DNA of 62,991 nucleotides, filler included, from Lenisia limosa (lineage: Eukaryota; Protista; Breviatea): assembly GCA_001655205.1 (NCBI GenBank). It is 9 parts of 9 records of this genome, joined end to end, with 100 filler letters (N's around TTAATTAATTAA, not from the genome) between each part and the next. Parts side by side here need not be neighbours in the genome. Positions count along the whole stretch, not along the records: positions 22,156 to 27,000 come from LPNZ01002649.1; positions 27,101 to 29,232 come from LPNZ01009957.1; positions 29,333 to 46,576 come from LPNZ01005050.1; 6 more parts are not named here. One strand, written 5' to 3'. The translations under genes and the position numbers were made by a program. Shown in pieces: positions 22,560 to 35,800 of the stretch (its first letter is position 1; the number at the start of each line of letters is the position of its first letter). Below the pieces are notes generated by a model. It had not been told where the DNA came from. It saw only the letters and a list, made by a program, of their open reading frames with translations, and searched no databases.

Positions 22560-25300
22560 AGTTCAACGAGAATTATTTTGAATAATACAGAATTATGTCC
22601 AAGGCGGATTATGTTGTTATATTCTGAACTGCAACCGTTTCAGAGAGCAAGCAGATAGTTCTCTTCTAAGGCTCATCTTTGCTTATTTTACATATTTCAC
22701 AACAGACATTCTTACATGGAATGGGAAGAAGGCAGAGAGCAGCTTTAGTGGTGAGTGTTTGGTGGTCAAACAGGATCAAGCAAGCTTATTTCTCTTATTG
22801 CTCAATTCAAGTCTCACAAGCTACTATTACAGCTGACTACAGCACTACAACTATCTCCCCCTTCCTTGATAAATTGATATAAACAAGAAGAAACACCGAA
22901 GAGNNNNNNNNNNNNNNNNNNNNNNNNNNNNNNNNNNNNNNNNNNNNNNNNNNNNNNNNNNNNNNNNNNNNCAATGACGGAATGACTGGTGTGACTGGTC
23001 AATGAATGACCTCCGATCTAGGAGGAATATATCTCATGAATGATATCTATACCTTCACTTTACGTATTTCACCCTTCTCTCACTCAACTCTCACTTCTTC
23101 CCACTCGCAACATCAAACATAAGCGAACCTCTATAGATAACAAGAAGAAAACAAACCAATATCCATTGTCATCATTTACACTTCAAAAAAGAAGAGCTAC
23201 GAAACCAGTTCTTCATGTTGCGCTTGAGTAGGGAAGAAGGCAAGCTATTCCTGTTTGTTTGGCAAGAAGGCGAAATTTGGCCGTGCAACAGCATCAGCCA
23301 TTGTTCTAATTTATTAGGGGATGGCCAGTATATATTGAGAAATAAAAAATAAAGTTGTATCTGGCCGAAGCCATCCACACCATCACGCTTAGAAGAGATT
23401 TTGGATTATAGTATTGAGAAGTGCGAGGTAACCCCTAGGGATTATTGGCAAACGCAACATTCATCCTGACATAAGAATATGAGTGACAAAGGTAAAGGAG
23501 AAATCCATAAGATTAAAAATGGAGGAATGAAAAGAGTAACCTGAATGAGCTGACCATACTGAAAAACTAACTTTAGACCAATACAAGATGAAGGATTCAC
23601 TCGTCCATGATTTACACTGCTTTCAATATTATTCATACCTTTATGATACGTATTTCTCAACTTCCTCTCCCCTTAGAAAATCTCCACTCTACCCCCCACT
23701 TGTTGTTTTTTTTATTATTGTTTTTTTTGTGTTTGGGGTTTTTGGATATTCACTTCGTGACGCCAATTTTCTTCATCGAAATTTCCCTCGTTTTACTCCC
23801 CTCCCACTCAGTAAGAGGTCGATTGTTGACCCTGATTCGATCGAAGCGACCGGACCCAAACACCACACCGACAAGACTGAAAAGAAGCGACAGAGTCACC
23901 ATCATCGTCACCTTTTGAGGTTACAGGAATATGACATCTGAATGAAGAAAAAAACATTTATCATTTCCCCATTTTTTGGGAACAACATAAGGCTTGACTG
24001 AATGACTCTAATGACACAGACAAATTGCCCCACCATAGCAATCAACCAGACCTTTCATAAGTTGAAACCCACATACCTCAAAAGAAATTTCAAAATCTCT
24101 TCCATGTACACGAGCATGGCTTCCCTCTGGAGGTGTAAGGATTATAAAAAGGATTCTGTTATCATTGAGTGAGAAGTTAGGACACCTCTTCTTACCATAC
24201 CATTCACTGCCTTCAGAAGCGCAAGTCCAAGAACCACAAAAGAGAGGGCTATTAAACTTCTCCATAAGTTGACAAATGACATTTTCTTGACAAATGAGTA
24301 GTGTGATATGGTGAGGTGAAGATCGTTTTATTTTGAAACTTCTTTCGCCCTTGCCGTCCTTCAAAACTTCAACAAAACAACAAAACAAATCAAACAACGC
24401 AGAAAAATGATTGAAAAATTGAAAAAATCAGAAAATCCCAATCTCAATTTAGTAAAATTTTAATTATAATTACCAAAATTCCCTTTTGCGTTCAAACCCA
24501 AAGATCAGAAGGCCTCTTTTGGGCCTCTCTCAGTATGGACGTTCTGTCATTTTGCCCAGCTCCGTATCAAGCCCAATCAAAGCCTTCGCCGCTCAAAAGA
24601 TCCTTCCAACCACAGGTATGCTATGTCCAAATCCAAATAATTAGGCCTCTTGTATTAACCCTACCTTGTCTCACAACAAAGAGCACACCGGGTATTTTAT
24701 GTGAAGAACAGCTCACATATCAAGAACAAGTTTGGGGGTCTCAAAATGGTGCACATCCTTCTGCGTTGAATCTGAGTCTTGTTCTCACTGTCAGGTTGCG
24801 CGTGGCTTGATAATTGAGGACGAAAACTCCAAAAAGCAGTGTTGGAGGTGATAGCATTGGAAACATTCTATAGACATATCAATTGATATATTCTAGAATA
24901 CTATCTCCAAGCCTATTCTCAGTTAAATACTCCTGCCATATTTGTTGCTGAAACTCTTAGCTGAAATTTGTTCTGTTAGCAATACTCTTTTTGAACACTC
25001 ATTTCTTTCAGGGATTTAACAGCAAATCCTCGCGTATTTGACACCCCAGGTCCTGAAAAGAGCGCAATGATTGAAGAAGACGAAGAAATGGTCCTGACAC
25101 ACCACGTTTCTGTTAATGATGAGGCTCATCTCAATGCTCAGGTGGGTAGTTTGATATCGGTCCGAAGGCTATGGGGGTAGTTAGGCTTTTTTTTTGTCTT
25201 TCACGGCTTATTATATCTATTGGTTGAATTTAATTATGCAGGCAAATAATATGAACTTTGGGATTTTGAAAGCCATGACTCCAGTGTCTAGTGGTAGGAA
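22560..25300 (+). CDS. Probable multi-exon gene(s) of unknown function
   Basis: Open exon-like segments with AG/GT ends, e.g. HFKKEELRNQFFMLRLSREEGKLFLFVWQEG (~23178-23270) and ANPRVFDTPGPEKSAMIEEDEEMVLTHHVSVNDEAHLNAQ (~25021-25141); no consistent model built. Confidence 0.3.
23735..23811 (-). repeat. Dispersed repeat family 4 (GGAGTAAAACGA-GGAAATTTC-ATGAAGAA-ATTGGC...TCACGAACC-AATA); other copies ~20606-20650, ~60365-60420, ~61265-61371
   Basis: Reverse complement of 23735-23811 aligns with 61300-61371 and 20612-20650; AAAGGTACTAATCACGAACC is shared by 60381 and 61349. Confidence 0.7.
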
Positions 25301-27100
25301 GGCATAATCAGTAAATTTCTTTGATATTTGGAATGGAGTATTGCTGAGGCATATGATAGTTGGCTATAATCTATATCATATTTATGTAGCGTGGGCCAAG
25401 TGCAACATTTTTTATTATTCATCCTAACGTATCCACTCGTATCCACTCCAGTAGTAATGTAACATAAGTTTCCAAAGAGTACGTATTATAATACCTTCAA
25501 CACATGAAAATCTATCTAACCCATAAGGACCCCGAGAGATGACGATTAGACCTGCTGGTCATGGGATGAGATGAAGTGAACTCCTCCCAATTATTTATGG
25601 CCATCTTGCTGGCTTTTGTAGGTATTCTTATTGTTTCTGGACAACTCTGATTTATTGACAGTTTTTGTTGTTGTAGCACATAAATATTCCAATGAGATAC
25701 CAAGAGGACGGGGATGGAAATGTGGATGCACTGATAATTAATTTCTGTGAAATTCAATCCTTGTTGTAGAACTAAAGCTCTATTGGGTGAACTAAAAATA
25801 CATGGGGGTGAAAGATAACAAAAACATAGAAATACCATAAATTATGCACGAAGGCCAAGTCCTGGATCTTGGATCGTAGCTACTGCTCTCTGAAGTTGTG
25901 AGTTAGGGTGGGGGGTTGAGAGAGAGAGAGTATACAGATAGTTTTATCGCTTATTAAGAGATAAATCTCCTTGAGTTTTCTACCTTATATATATCTATTT
26001 TCTGTAGAAATACGTTGATTAAAACTCTTGCCAAAATATCAGCCTTTCATGCTGGTGAGGCAGGCAGAAAGCTGTGTGCACAGAGCTGTAAGGCAAATGA
26101 TTGAATATCGATTATAAGCGTGATGGTGTGGACNNNNNNNNNNNNNNNNNNNNNNNNNNNNNNNNNNNNNNNNNNNNNNNNNNNNNNNNNNNNNTCCTTA
26201 CATCCGAAGATCTTGCATCGCACAATTGAGTCGATGGATATTGACTAGAGGAGGGTTAATATGCCAATTTAGCAACAAAACCTCCACTCTCTCTCTGTCA
26301 CGTATCAACAAAGTGTATTGGGTGATTAGCAACACAATTTGGGCTTTCCTTAGGTCAAAAAAAAAAAAACAAGAATATGGAGATGTTTGTCGGCACTAAA
26401 ATATAAATGGGGACATTGTTTGCATAAAATTGCCTATCAAATGATTGCTCATGGCTGACCCCAGGAATATAAACCTTATCCTTTTTTTTTCTTCTAATAT
26501 TGTATTTCATGAGTACGCCTCCTTACATCATCGTCACAACTCCAGCTATTTGAGGTTTCATTGTGAGAGTAGCGTTCTGGGATGCACTGAAATATCAGAA
26601 AATGCTAAAAGGAGGTAACAATATTTCGATGCAGAAGGACCACGTCCAACTTAAGAACACAGGCTCAATATTAGGATATGATTTCTGTTAATCCCATTTT
26701 CTCTGAAATAGGTCATAGTATACACTCTGTCACTATCATATTCGAACATGTGTTTGTGGGGGTGGGGGGTCTTGAGATAATATTCGAACACTTAGGGGGA
26801 TCTTAATACCTCCGCGTCATATTAAACATGATTCACACCACTTTTACCTCTTTACAAAATAGAATATTATACAAATACATACTACATGCCCAATCTTCTA
26901 AATTAATCTGATAAACGTGACAACTTTCCCATTTGAAACCCTATTTAAAGATAGTATTCGTGGATGATATCCGAACATTTAGAAGGGGGGGGGGGGTCAG
27001 NNNNNNNNNNNNNNNNNNNNNNNNNNNNNNNNNNNNNNNNNNNNTTAATTAATTAANNNNNNNNNNNNNNNNNNNNNNNNNNNNNNNNNNNNNNNNNNNN

Positions 27101-28689
27101 GGCCGGTGGAAGTCGGCAACCCAGGTCTGGGAGTCGACCCTCGAGCATGAGGTGAGCCAATGGGAAATGAGCAAATTGAGTGGGATTATGGGAAATTGGC
27201 AATTTGATAGGCACCCGGCGGTGGTAATTGGGTGAGTACAATTTTTCGATTCGTGGCAGGCTTTCTTCCCTTTCTATCATATGTTATCTCATTTTCAGCA
27301 AAATGTTGTTTTTTTTTTGAGAAAAAAAAAAAGGGGGGGGGNNNNNNNNNNNNNNNNNNNNNNNNNNNNNNNNNNNNNNNNNNNNNNNNNNNNNNNNNNN
27401 NNNNNNNNNNNNNNNNNNNNNNNNNNNNNNNNNNNNNNNNNNNNNNNNNNNNNNNNNNNNNNNNNNNNNNNNNNNNNNNNNNNNNNNNNNNNNNNNNNNN
27501 NNNNNNNNNNNNNNNNNNNNNNNNNNNNNNNNNNNNNNNNNNNNNNNNNNNNNNNNNNNNNNNGAATAGCAGAGGATCTCATGGGTCCTATGGGGAGAAG
27601 GGAGAATCTCTAAGAGGATCCTAGTTTTAATAGAGACTATCTTTCTGATCCAAGTTTCAATAGAGACTTTATCTTTATGATCATAGGTCCTATTGGGAGC
27701 AATCTCAGAGGATCTCATGGGTCCTATAGGGAGGTGTCGAGGACTTGGGTCAGGATCTAAGGATGCTTAGGGATTATGGTGATTAAAGGGAGAACGATGA
27801 TTAAGGCTGTAGATATGAGGATAATGGTGACTAAGGTAGATCTAGGAACTATGCTTCTGACTTGAATATAATATAATACCATGCATTGCATTTTAAGCTA
27901 TTCACACTTTTGATCGACAAGGCATATCATAGTATGTTACAGCTTGGGGTCCTGTGATACTTACTAGAGCTTCACTTTCGGTTCCAATAAAGACTAAATC
28001 CTCGATAAATCCTCATAAATAATATGTCAGTCTGTTGGAACCGAAAGTGAACTCAAATATTAACCCATATCCACTAGTGATCGTTATTCCCGAGTATATC
28101 AGAGTATCATTGAGACTTGGGTTATCACAGGTGTGGCATCATATCACTATGTGGAAATAGAAAAAAAACCAAAAAGTGATGCGATTCCTTCTGATTATTC
28201 ACAAATTCAGGATCACTCAACCATCGGATTCATGCAGTGGTTCGCCAATGAGCAGGTTGGGGAAGGGGCTCATTGACCACCTGACTATATTCATGGGCTT
28301 CNNNNNNNNNNNNNNNNNNNNNNNNNNNNNNNNNNNNNNNNNNNNNNNNNNNNNNNNNNNNNNNNNNNNNNNNNNNNNNNNNNNNNNNNNNNNNNNNNNN
28401 NNNNNNNNNNNNNNNNNNNNNNNGCCTCGTGTCAGTCAACTCTGTTTTTTGATGTAAACAGTATATTTTACATTACTGTATAGAAGTCTCTCTGACTGCT
28501 TGATACAATGTGAATATGAGCGTGGTTAAAAAGCCTCATCTAACTGTTCAGCTGGAGGAAGAAGCCAGTGTTGCCTCCATTCTTGAGCAAGTCAGAGCCT
28601 ACGACAAAATGCCTGGCATTCTCTACCATCTTGATAAGAAGCTCGGCAAGCGCACCCCTTTCATCACCTCCGACGGCTCTGTCGCTTAG
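27101..28689 (+). CDS. ftn: Prokaryotic-type (FtnA-like) non-heme ferritin, C-terminal half, split by spliceosomal introns; 5' truncated
   Basis: Exon 27101-27151 RWKSATQVWESTLEHE; exon 28211-28255 DHSTIGFMQWFANEQ; exon 28552-28689 LEEEASVASILEQVRAYDKMPGILYHLDKKLGKR...*. Matches the FtnA pattern (..HE..; D..TFNFLQWYVSEQHEEE...LYFIDKEL). Confidence 0.85.
27965..28056. mobile_element. MITE family 1, diverged, in a ferritin intron
   Basis: TAGAGCTTCACTTTCGGTTCC...GGAACCGAAAGTGAACTC. Confidence 0.75.
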
Positions 28690-29332
28690 ACCCCCCGATT
28701 CTTTTATTTGTGTTTATTAATTGTTCAGTCCATGCTAAGGTAGCTAATATAATAGAAACTGTATTTCACATAACCTCTCATAAATAATGATTTTAGACCT
28801 TGAACATAACCCTCATCTTCTTGACGCTTGTCCTTTAGCATCCCTCAAAAAGCTCTGGAAAATTAAATTACTCGATATTTACTTCAATCAATCAATCGAT
28901 ATGCTGTAAAGTGAACTTCGATGAGCAATTATGAATCAAATAACATGATTCTGTCTTGACATTAATTGCAAGATATATATATCATATGAATAAATTCACA
29001 GCAATGAGAACAGACTATCCGAATCTGATTGCCTTTAAAAAAATCGATCAACTATAAATTGTCATTGAAACCATTGCAATATTTATATCATGAAATCAGC
29101 ATGTTAATATATTCACACCAAAAAGGCCACTCTAACCTGTAAGGCAGCTAGTTTGGCATCAATATCAACGGGCTCTCTTCCAATAGAAGACTCAACAGCT
29201 GTTCGGTAAGATGAGAAATGTCAGGATGGAATNNNNNNNNNNNNNNNNNNNNNNNNNNNNNNNNNNNNNNNNNNNNTTAATTAATTAANNNNNNNNNNNN
29301 NNNNNNNNNNNNNNNNNNNNNNNNNNNNNNNN

Positions 29333-30456
29333 CCCCCCCCCCCTCCCATTGAGTGTTCATCCTGACCGACGTAGATTGAGTGCACATTACCTGCGGTTAG
29401 CACGAACCGAACAGTCGACCTCTTTGTGTCGTTAGACGACGGGGTCAGTTGGACGGATACGTCGACCGAAATCTCGTTCCTTTTGGGTATGCGCGGTGGA
29501 ATGTATTGATGTTTGTGTCATTTCATCTCATTGTTTTAGGTGCCTCAATACCATACTTCCCAACAGTAAGGGAGCAAAGTTGCCTGGTTTTTTTTACAGA
29601 CCTCAACCCAAAGAGCTATGGCCAATTAACACCCTAGACGCCCATTTCTCCATCATCATCCTCCGACACTGGCAACGTTATTGACGACGCCACTGAAGGT
29701 AGGGCCTTTTCAAAGGGCATGTTAACACCGCATAGAAGACGAGCCATACAGCATCGCGGTTGTCCTCTTCGTTGCCGGACTATGTGTGTTCACTCTTTTG
29801 GTTCTCTGTGCGTTCTGCCGCTCAAAGAAGGACCCAGAGAAGCCCAACAACAAGCAAGTCCAAATGGTGGGTTTGGTTCCTTTTTGTCTCATGCCTCAGG
29901 ATGAGTATCAGCATTCGTCATTTGGTGCTCCCGGCGGCGTCATCCAAGGTTTGCTGGTGCCCCATGTTCAGCTGTAGATATAGTATTCTTCCAATATGAC
30001 CCTTTAGGACGGCATGCACAGCACATGAATGCTGGACCTAAGTCGAGACATCGGGTGGGGTGTTTGGCATGTTTTTTTTTTGTTTGAGTGAAAGATCGCT
30101 GGGACTCCCTGATATTAGGACTAAGTCCGCTCGGGAGTAGAAGTTCCATTAGCTCACCGTTAGGTTATGTGATGTTGTAGAGGGAACACCGATCAAGCCT
30201 CTTGTTTTCTTTGTTTATTTTTTAGGTTGACTTTGAGTATCAAGCCCAAGGCCCAGGTGAAATGTCTGTCAGAGCCGGGCAAACCGTCATACTGCTTTCT
30301 CCCGTCTGGGGCTATGAATCTTCTTATCATCTCTCATTTGTTTTGTTATTCATCATGACCCCCCAGGTTGACCAAGGCGGATGGGTTGAGGCGTCTCTCC
30401 AACCCGGCCATCAGGGCTTTGTGCCCTTCAGCTACCTATCGCCAAATGCTGTCTAG
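29333..30456 (+). CDS. Single-pass membrane protein with C-terminal SH3 domain; 5' truncated
   Basis: TM exon EDEPYSIAVVLFVAGLCVFTLLVLCAFCRSKK; SH3 exons VDFEYQAQGPGEMSVRAGQTVILL and VDQGGWVEASLQPGHQGFVPFSYLSPNAV*. Confidence 0.78.
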
Positions 30457-30597
30457 TGTCTGCTGTTTTGAAACGTTTTTGCCATTGTCATGTCTTTTTG
30501 TTATATATTTTGAGACTTCTTTTCCACCATAATCGCGACGTATCAAAAAACAAAACAATAATAAATAGTTCGAGGCTCAAACTAAAACAGTAAGTAA

Positions 30598-32568
30598 TCA
30601 ATTGCCGAGACCCCCAACATTTCTTTCCTTTGGTAACATGAACCCCCAACATTTCTTTCCTTTGGTGACATGAACAGGCATGTAAGGGCCGTCTCGCATG
30701 ACGACCTTCCAGCTCTGAAGGAATGAATAATATTGGCAGATTGTAAAACGAATTTTGTCCAGACAGGCCTTACCGGATTGGATCGGACGGGTTTCTTCTT
30801 TGGCCAACCAACGTGCTTGAGTGCCTGGCCAAGGGCAAAGTCTGGCAGCTTGTCTGCTTGGTCAATATCAAATACTATTGCTATATGATATACTAGTATA
30901 TATTTATATCATATGATATGTATAGCTATGTCGTATACTACCATATATGATACCAGACAATACAATATACATATGATATGCATATGATACATACATATGA
31001 TAAATATATATTATGTGCCCACTACACAAACAAAATTGTCTACACCATGCATTAGATATCATAATCGTCTTATGTTTATGAGGTGCTAATACCCACACAA
31101 ATATCCACTGCCCCCACTAATGTGTTTGGTACAGAACTTTTGAACAAAGGCTTTGTCTGTTTTTGCGTAGTCTCTCAAAGCCCATCCTGCAGCCAGTTAG
31201 CAATTCTGGTATTGTATTGCATGTATTAGTCTAATCATACACTATATACTTCCTGCATATATACATGTAGCTATATCATATAGTACTATATCATATATAT
31301 ATTATATATATATTACGGAAAACCTCACCTATAGCCTTGGCAATGAAAAACTCTTCGGACGAGGAGTTCTCAAGAATGCACTGGAGAGTCAACACCAAGG
31401 CCAACCCACCTCCTCCAGAAGAGCTGTGTCTGTTTGGGTCTTGAGAAGCAACTGGCCGATAATCGACAAACGTCTCAGCCAAATATCATCATCCGTCTTC
31501 CACCCTTGGAAGATCTTCAAGACGTTAAAAAAGGCCCACGACACTTACCGGTTTAATTGACAACGGGAATGTCTTGAACAAATGCGACAAACTACAATGT
31601 GACAACCAACGTGCACCAACCATGATGACACAATGTCGGTAATGTCCCACCACTGCCCCTTGAGGACAATCCGCCGCATGAGAGTCAACGCCACTGCTGC
31701 ACTGCTGCTCTTCTCTAGCGTGTCAGATCATCGTAGCTTCAAGATAATCCATCATTGCTATTGCCAGGAATTTCCCCACCACACCATCATTCTTGGTAAA
31801 TAGAGTTGAAATCTCGTCATCAACATAAGAGGCAATGGATTTGTCACCAGAAACGTTCAAAAGTGCAAGAAACCTGTTATTATAAGTTCATGAGTTCCGT
31901 AGTAGCAAAAGAAGAGCCCTTGGGTTCAGTCCAACTTTTTGTGTGTGAGTATAATGGTGACAGCGTGCCAATAGTCGTGATACTCAGCATGAGCTGTGAA
32001 GTAGGAAATGGCGCTACATAAGTCGATGAACGCCCAAGACTCTTCCTTCAAAGCGGCCTGAGTAGTCACTCCTTCTTAACACATTTCTCCCAATCATTTG
32101 CGAACAAATGATTCCCCCAGCGCCAATTCACCGCAAAGAATAATATTCTCTGAAGATTGACCTTTCCATGACCCTCGACCAACCTCAACGACTTTCCTTT
32201 TGCCCGGAAGGTTGATTCCAATACAGGGGAGGCGAGCTCTCAAATAGCCCCTTTCCTACAAAGAGTTAAGCCTTCATTCCCATCTTTACAATACCAGCAA
32301 TAATACATAATATGTGACAGGTGGCTTTGACTTCAATGGGTAATGGGTGGGGGGATTTGAAAAATTTGTTGTCATTAAAAATAAAACAATAATAATACCT
32401 TGTATCTAGTCCTATACTTAATAACCACCCCAATTAGCCATCTCAGAATGAAGCTTCTCCTTCCAACACACCGACCTTTTCGCCTTTCTTCAGGTCCTTA
32501 GTTGCCTCAAAATCTGCTTTGATTCGATTCACAAATGCATGCCCGCTGCTGGTTAAGGGGATGGTCAT
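30598..32568 (-). CDS. alkD: AlkD-family (HEAT-like repeat) DNA alkylation-repair glycosylase, multi-exon
   Basis: Exons ERGYLRARLPCIGINLPGKRK, MRRIVLKGQWWDITDIVSSWL, WKTDDDIWLRRLSIIGQLLLKTQTDTALLEE, ENSSSEEFFIAKAIG|WALRDYAKTDKAFVQKF, ALKHVG. These correspond to the AlkD motifs WWD-xD, W-x-x-R and EFFIxKAIGWxLREYAKT. Confidence 0.87.
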
Positions 32569-32825
32569 ACTCTGAGCAGAAGGATGATAGAAGACTGAAG
32601 GCAGAAGCTGGAGGATAGAAGGTTGGGGTGATAGAAGATTGTTTCAAGGCAATTTAAAGGTGTGCTCTTACTACTGTGTAAAAGCCCCAAAACGTTTGGG
32701 GACAAAGCAGTGAAAAAAGTAAGAAAATTGTGAAATTGTGGGTGAATTGATTGAAAAAAAGAAATATAGGGGGGGAGGGGAACCGAGCCGAGTTAAGCTT
32801 GAATATCTCATGAGTATATGTTTTT

Positions 32826-35800
32826 TCATATTCTTGATTTTAGGAAGGAGGAAGATTTGCGAGAGACCAGGCTAGAAAGATCCGACTGCAGGTCCTGATG
32901 AGCAGTTGCAGAGACAAAGAGACAACAAAGCAAAAATACACAACACATTGCTATTATAGCATATTGATATGTGTACAATTAATCAGCGTCACAAACAAGA
33001 TACATCTGAGAAACAACTACGAACTTGTCGAAGCTACCCATATCATCAGTTATCAAAAACAACGTACACCATCACGTTAACAAGATATCTGACCAAAGCC
33101 CGTACACACCACTACCAGAGAGGACTCAGAAATATTTGACTATGACAGATGTCTGATTTCATACTGCATATATGCACACACTCAATACAAAAGAGAGTTA
33201 CAAGTGCCCCTTATGGTTATAATGGAAAAGGATGTGTCTCTTCCCACTTGAATATTTCAAACATCATGTTGTTCCAAAATAAATACAATAAGATTCCTCC
33301 AGTATCATAATTACAGGCATAGAGATTCCTCCAGTAGCATAATTACATAGCATAGTTACAAACATTAAGATTCCTCCAGTAGCATAATTACAGTAATGAC
33401 AACTGAGTAATGACTAGGAAGGATTTCGTAAATATCGACATTTATCGAGGATTTATCGAGAACTCGACTTTTTCGGGAGCGAAGGGAAGCCCTACGTATG
33501 ACTCAGCCTAAATGCTCCACTGTACCCTATATGCCCCAAATCACACAACACTTAAAAATGATTCTAAAAGAGAATTCAAAAGAATGCAACAAAGAAACTA
33601 GACCTTGGGGGTGCGCAGAAAATGCAGATGAAATTCTGTGATGATTGACTGGTGACTTGGCTGGTAGCAGTATATTCAAACTGTTCAACTTTATATTACA
33701 GATCATATTCTCAATAACGCCCATTCATTTTTTTGTAACTTTTCTGTCCACATTCGTGATGCTTCACGTGACTTTGTTGGCTGTATCAAGGTCCCTTTGG
33801 ACCAGTTATTTGCCCATGAATTCTATTGTACAAACTAATAATATAAATAACATCAACGAGAAACACTAAAAACCAACATGAACCCAAAAAAACTGAACCA
33901 AAAATAAGAAAGGTACCATTGCTTAGTCATCATGAGATATGGAGAGCTCAATATGACTGATCTAAAGGATCGGAGGAAGAAAAGTGGGTTTTTGTGGTAT
34001 TCGAGACATTTTCAGATCAAGAAGGCTAGGCCTACCTGTAGCTCCACAAATGACACCACAATGTTGCATCTGAGAAGCCCTGACGGCTTTGCGGCTGCCA
34101 CCGCCTTCTCACCCCGTCTCAACGCCTCCTTCGTCTCAGCCATAATCTCGGCTACTGCGGGGGACAAAACGTATTCCTGCGTTGGTCAACAGTGATCAAA
34201 GATCATAGATCAAAAGCACACCCAGCAGCCGACCTCTTCAATGTCATGAAGGTCACCAAGGGCCTCAAAGAGTCTTTTCTCGAGCTTGTCGTAGGGATCC
34301 ACCACTGGTTCATGAGGCCGCTATGAATTGTGATGCAAGGAAAAGAAAACTCACAACAAAAGCCCGTCTTCAATTTATTGTTACAGTGTAAAAAAGATCT
34401 TCTGATGCGTATAGGGCAAAACACCCCACCCACAGCGGGAAGTTGTCCGCGAGGTGGACAGCGCCAAACGCCAATTTCGCGCTCGCGCACAGTGTGCTGG
34501 AAGTCCGTCAGACATACGCCGCCGTCTTTAGATGAGGCTGCAGTAAACGTCCTCTTTATCTAAGGGGGGGGGGGGGNNNNNNNNNNNNNNNNNNNNNNNN
34601 NNNNNNNNNNNNNNNNNNNNNNNNNNNNNNNNNNNNNNNNNNNNNNNNCTGTTGGCTGTAACACGAGAGAGATGTAAGGATGAGCATAAGTAAGATGAGC
34701 TTACGAGGTGAACGGGAAGAGACGGGTCAATCACAGCCATTACTGCTGAAAACTCCCAGAAGTCAAGAACCTAATGGTCAAATGGTCAGACATTGTGATT
34801 TGGAGCAACATTTAACCCGAGCCCGTAGTACCTGGTTGCCATCTGCGTCTCCTGCCAAAAAGACCTTCTCTAATTCCTGGGGGTAAATACGATTCGCTTG
34901 TGGCCTTACCTGGACAGCATGGTTGTTCCTTCGTTCCCACTCGGCTATTAACTCCGCCATGACCAAGTCAACATTAACCGTTTCTGTATGGTTAGATTTT
35001 CAAATTGTGCCTAGGGCTTCACTTCGGTTCGAATAAAGACTGAGTCTGAATAAATCCTCGAAAAGTTTTTTTCGAACCGAAGTGAAGCCCTAATTGTGCC
35101 TCAACATAGACAGATACCCACGCTTGGAAATCTTCCGGCCTAGATTGGTGAGAAAAGACAGAAAAGCAAGGTCAACAACAGACTGCCGCCCACCAGTTGA
35201 AATGGACACGATAGACTGAAGAGACGTGGTAGATTGTGAGGCCTGAGGGTCAACGAAACACGTGGAACAAGCCTACCTTGACGTCACCGAGTCCAATACT
35301 TAGGTCCTCCAATGACGGACTTGCGTTGATGGATGACTTGTTCAGACGTCTGGCCGCTCGGATCAATTGGGGTGTCAGGTCAACTAAGGAATGAGGGACT
35401 TGAAAAGCCCCATTCAGCCTACCACTACTGCTGCAGACGGCTTCGGAACCAGCATCAACCGCCCTTTGCACCAAGTCCCCGGCATGCAGAATTGACATGC
35501 CTGGGAAGATGGACTTCACCACGTCACATGCTCTGAAGGGTTATCATTATGCATATGGTAATATGGTATGATATAGTATGTAACTAAGGCTTCGCTATGG
35601 TCTGAAAAATACCGGTAAGAGATCGATAGTTTTTGAGGATTTATCGAGAAATGCAGTCTTTTTTGGGACCGAAGGGAAGCCTTAAATATAACGTACTTTC
35701 TGGAGTCGATGGCGAGGCTATGGCCCTCCAGGTCTTTGGACTTCTCTTTCCGTCCGCCCAGTTTTATGGCTTGGAGAAGACGATCAAGCGAGTACCTTAG

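Noticed and set aside
24008-24397. 129-aa minus-strand ORF with faint methyltransferase-like wording
   Set aside because: No convincing motif; the + strand shows plausible spliced exons over the same interval, so it is probably a shadow ORF.
22190-26102. Inverted pair read as TIRs of a 3.9-kb transposon, or as a deaminase-like HAGE motif (HAGEAGRKLCAQSCK)
   Set aside because: The same sequence occurs at ~13890 and is contiguous with repeat family 3. It is two opposite copies of a dispersed repeat; no transposase or TSD is visible.
28516-28689. Stand-alone 57-aa ORF MSVVKKPHLTVQLEEE...
   Set aside because: The ATG lies in an intron; the real exon starts after CAG at 28552 and continues the ferritin frame.
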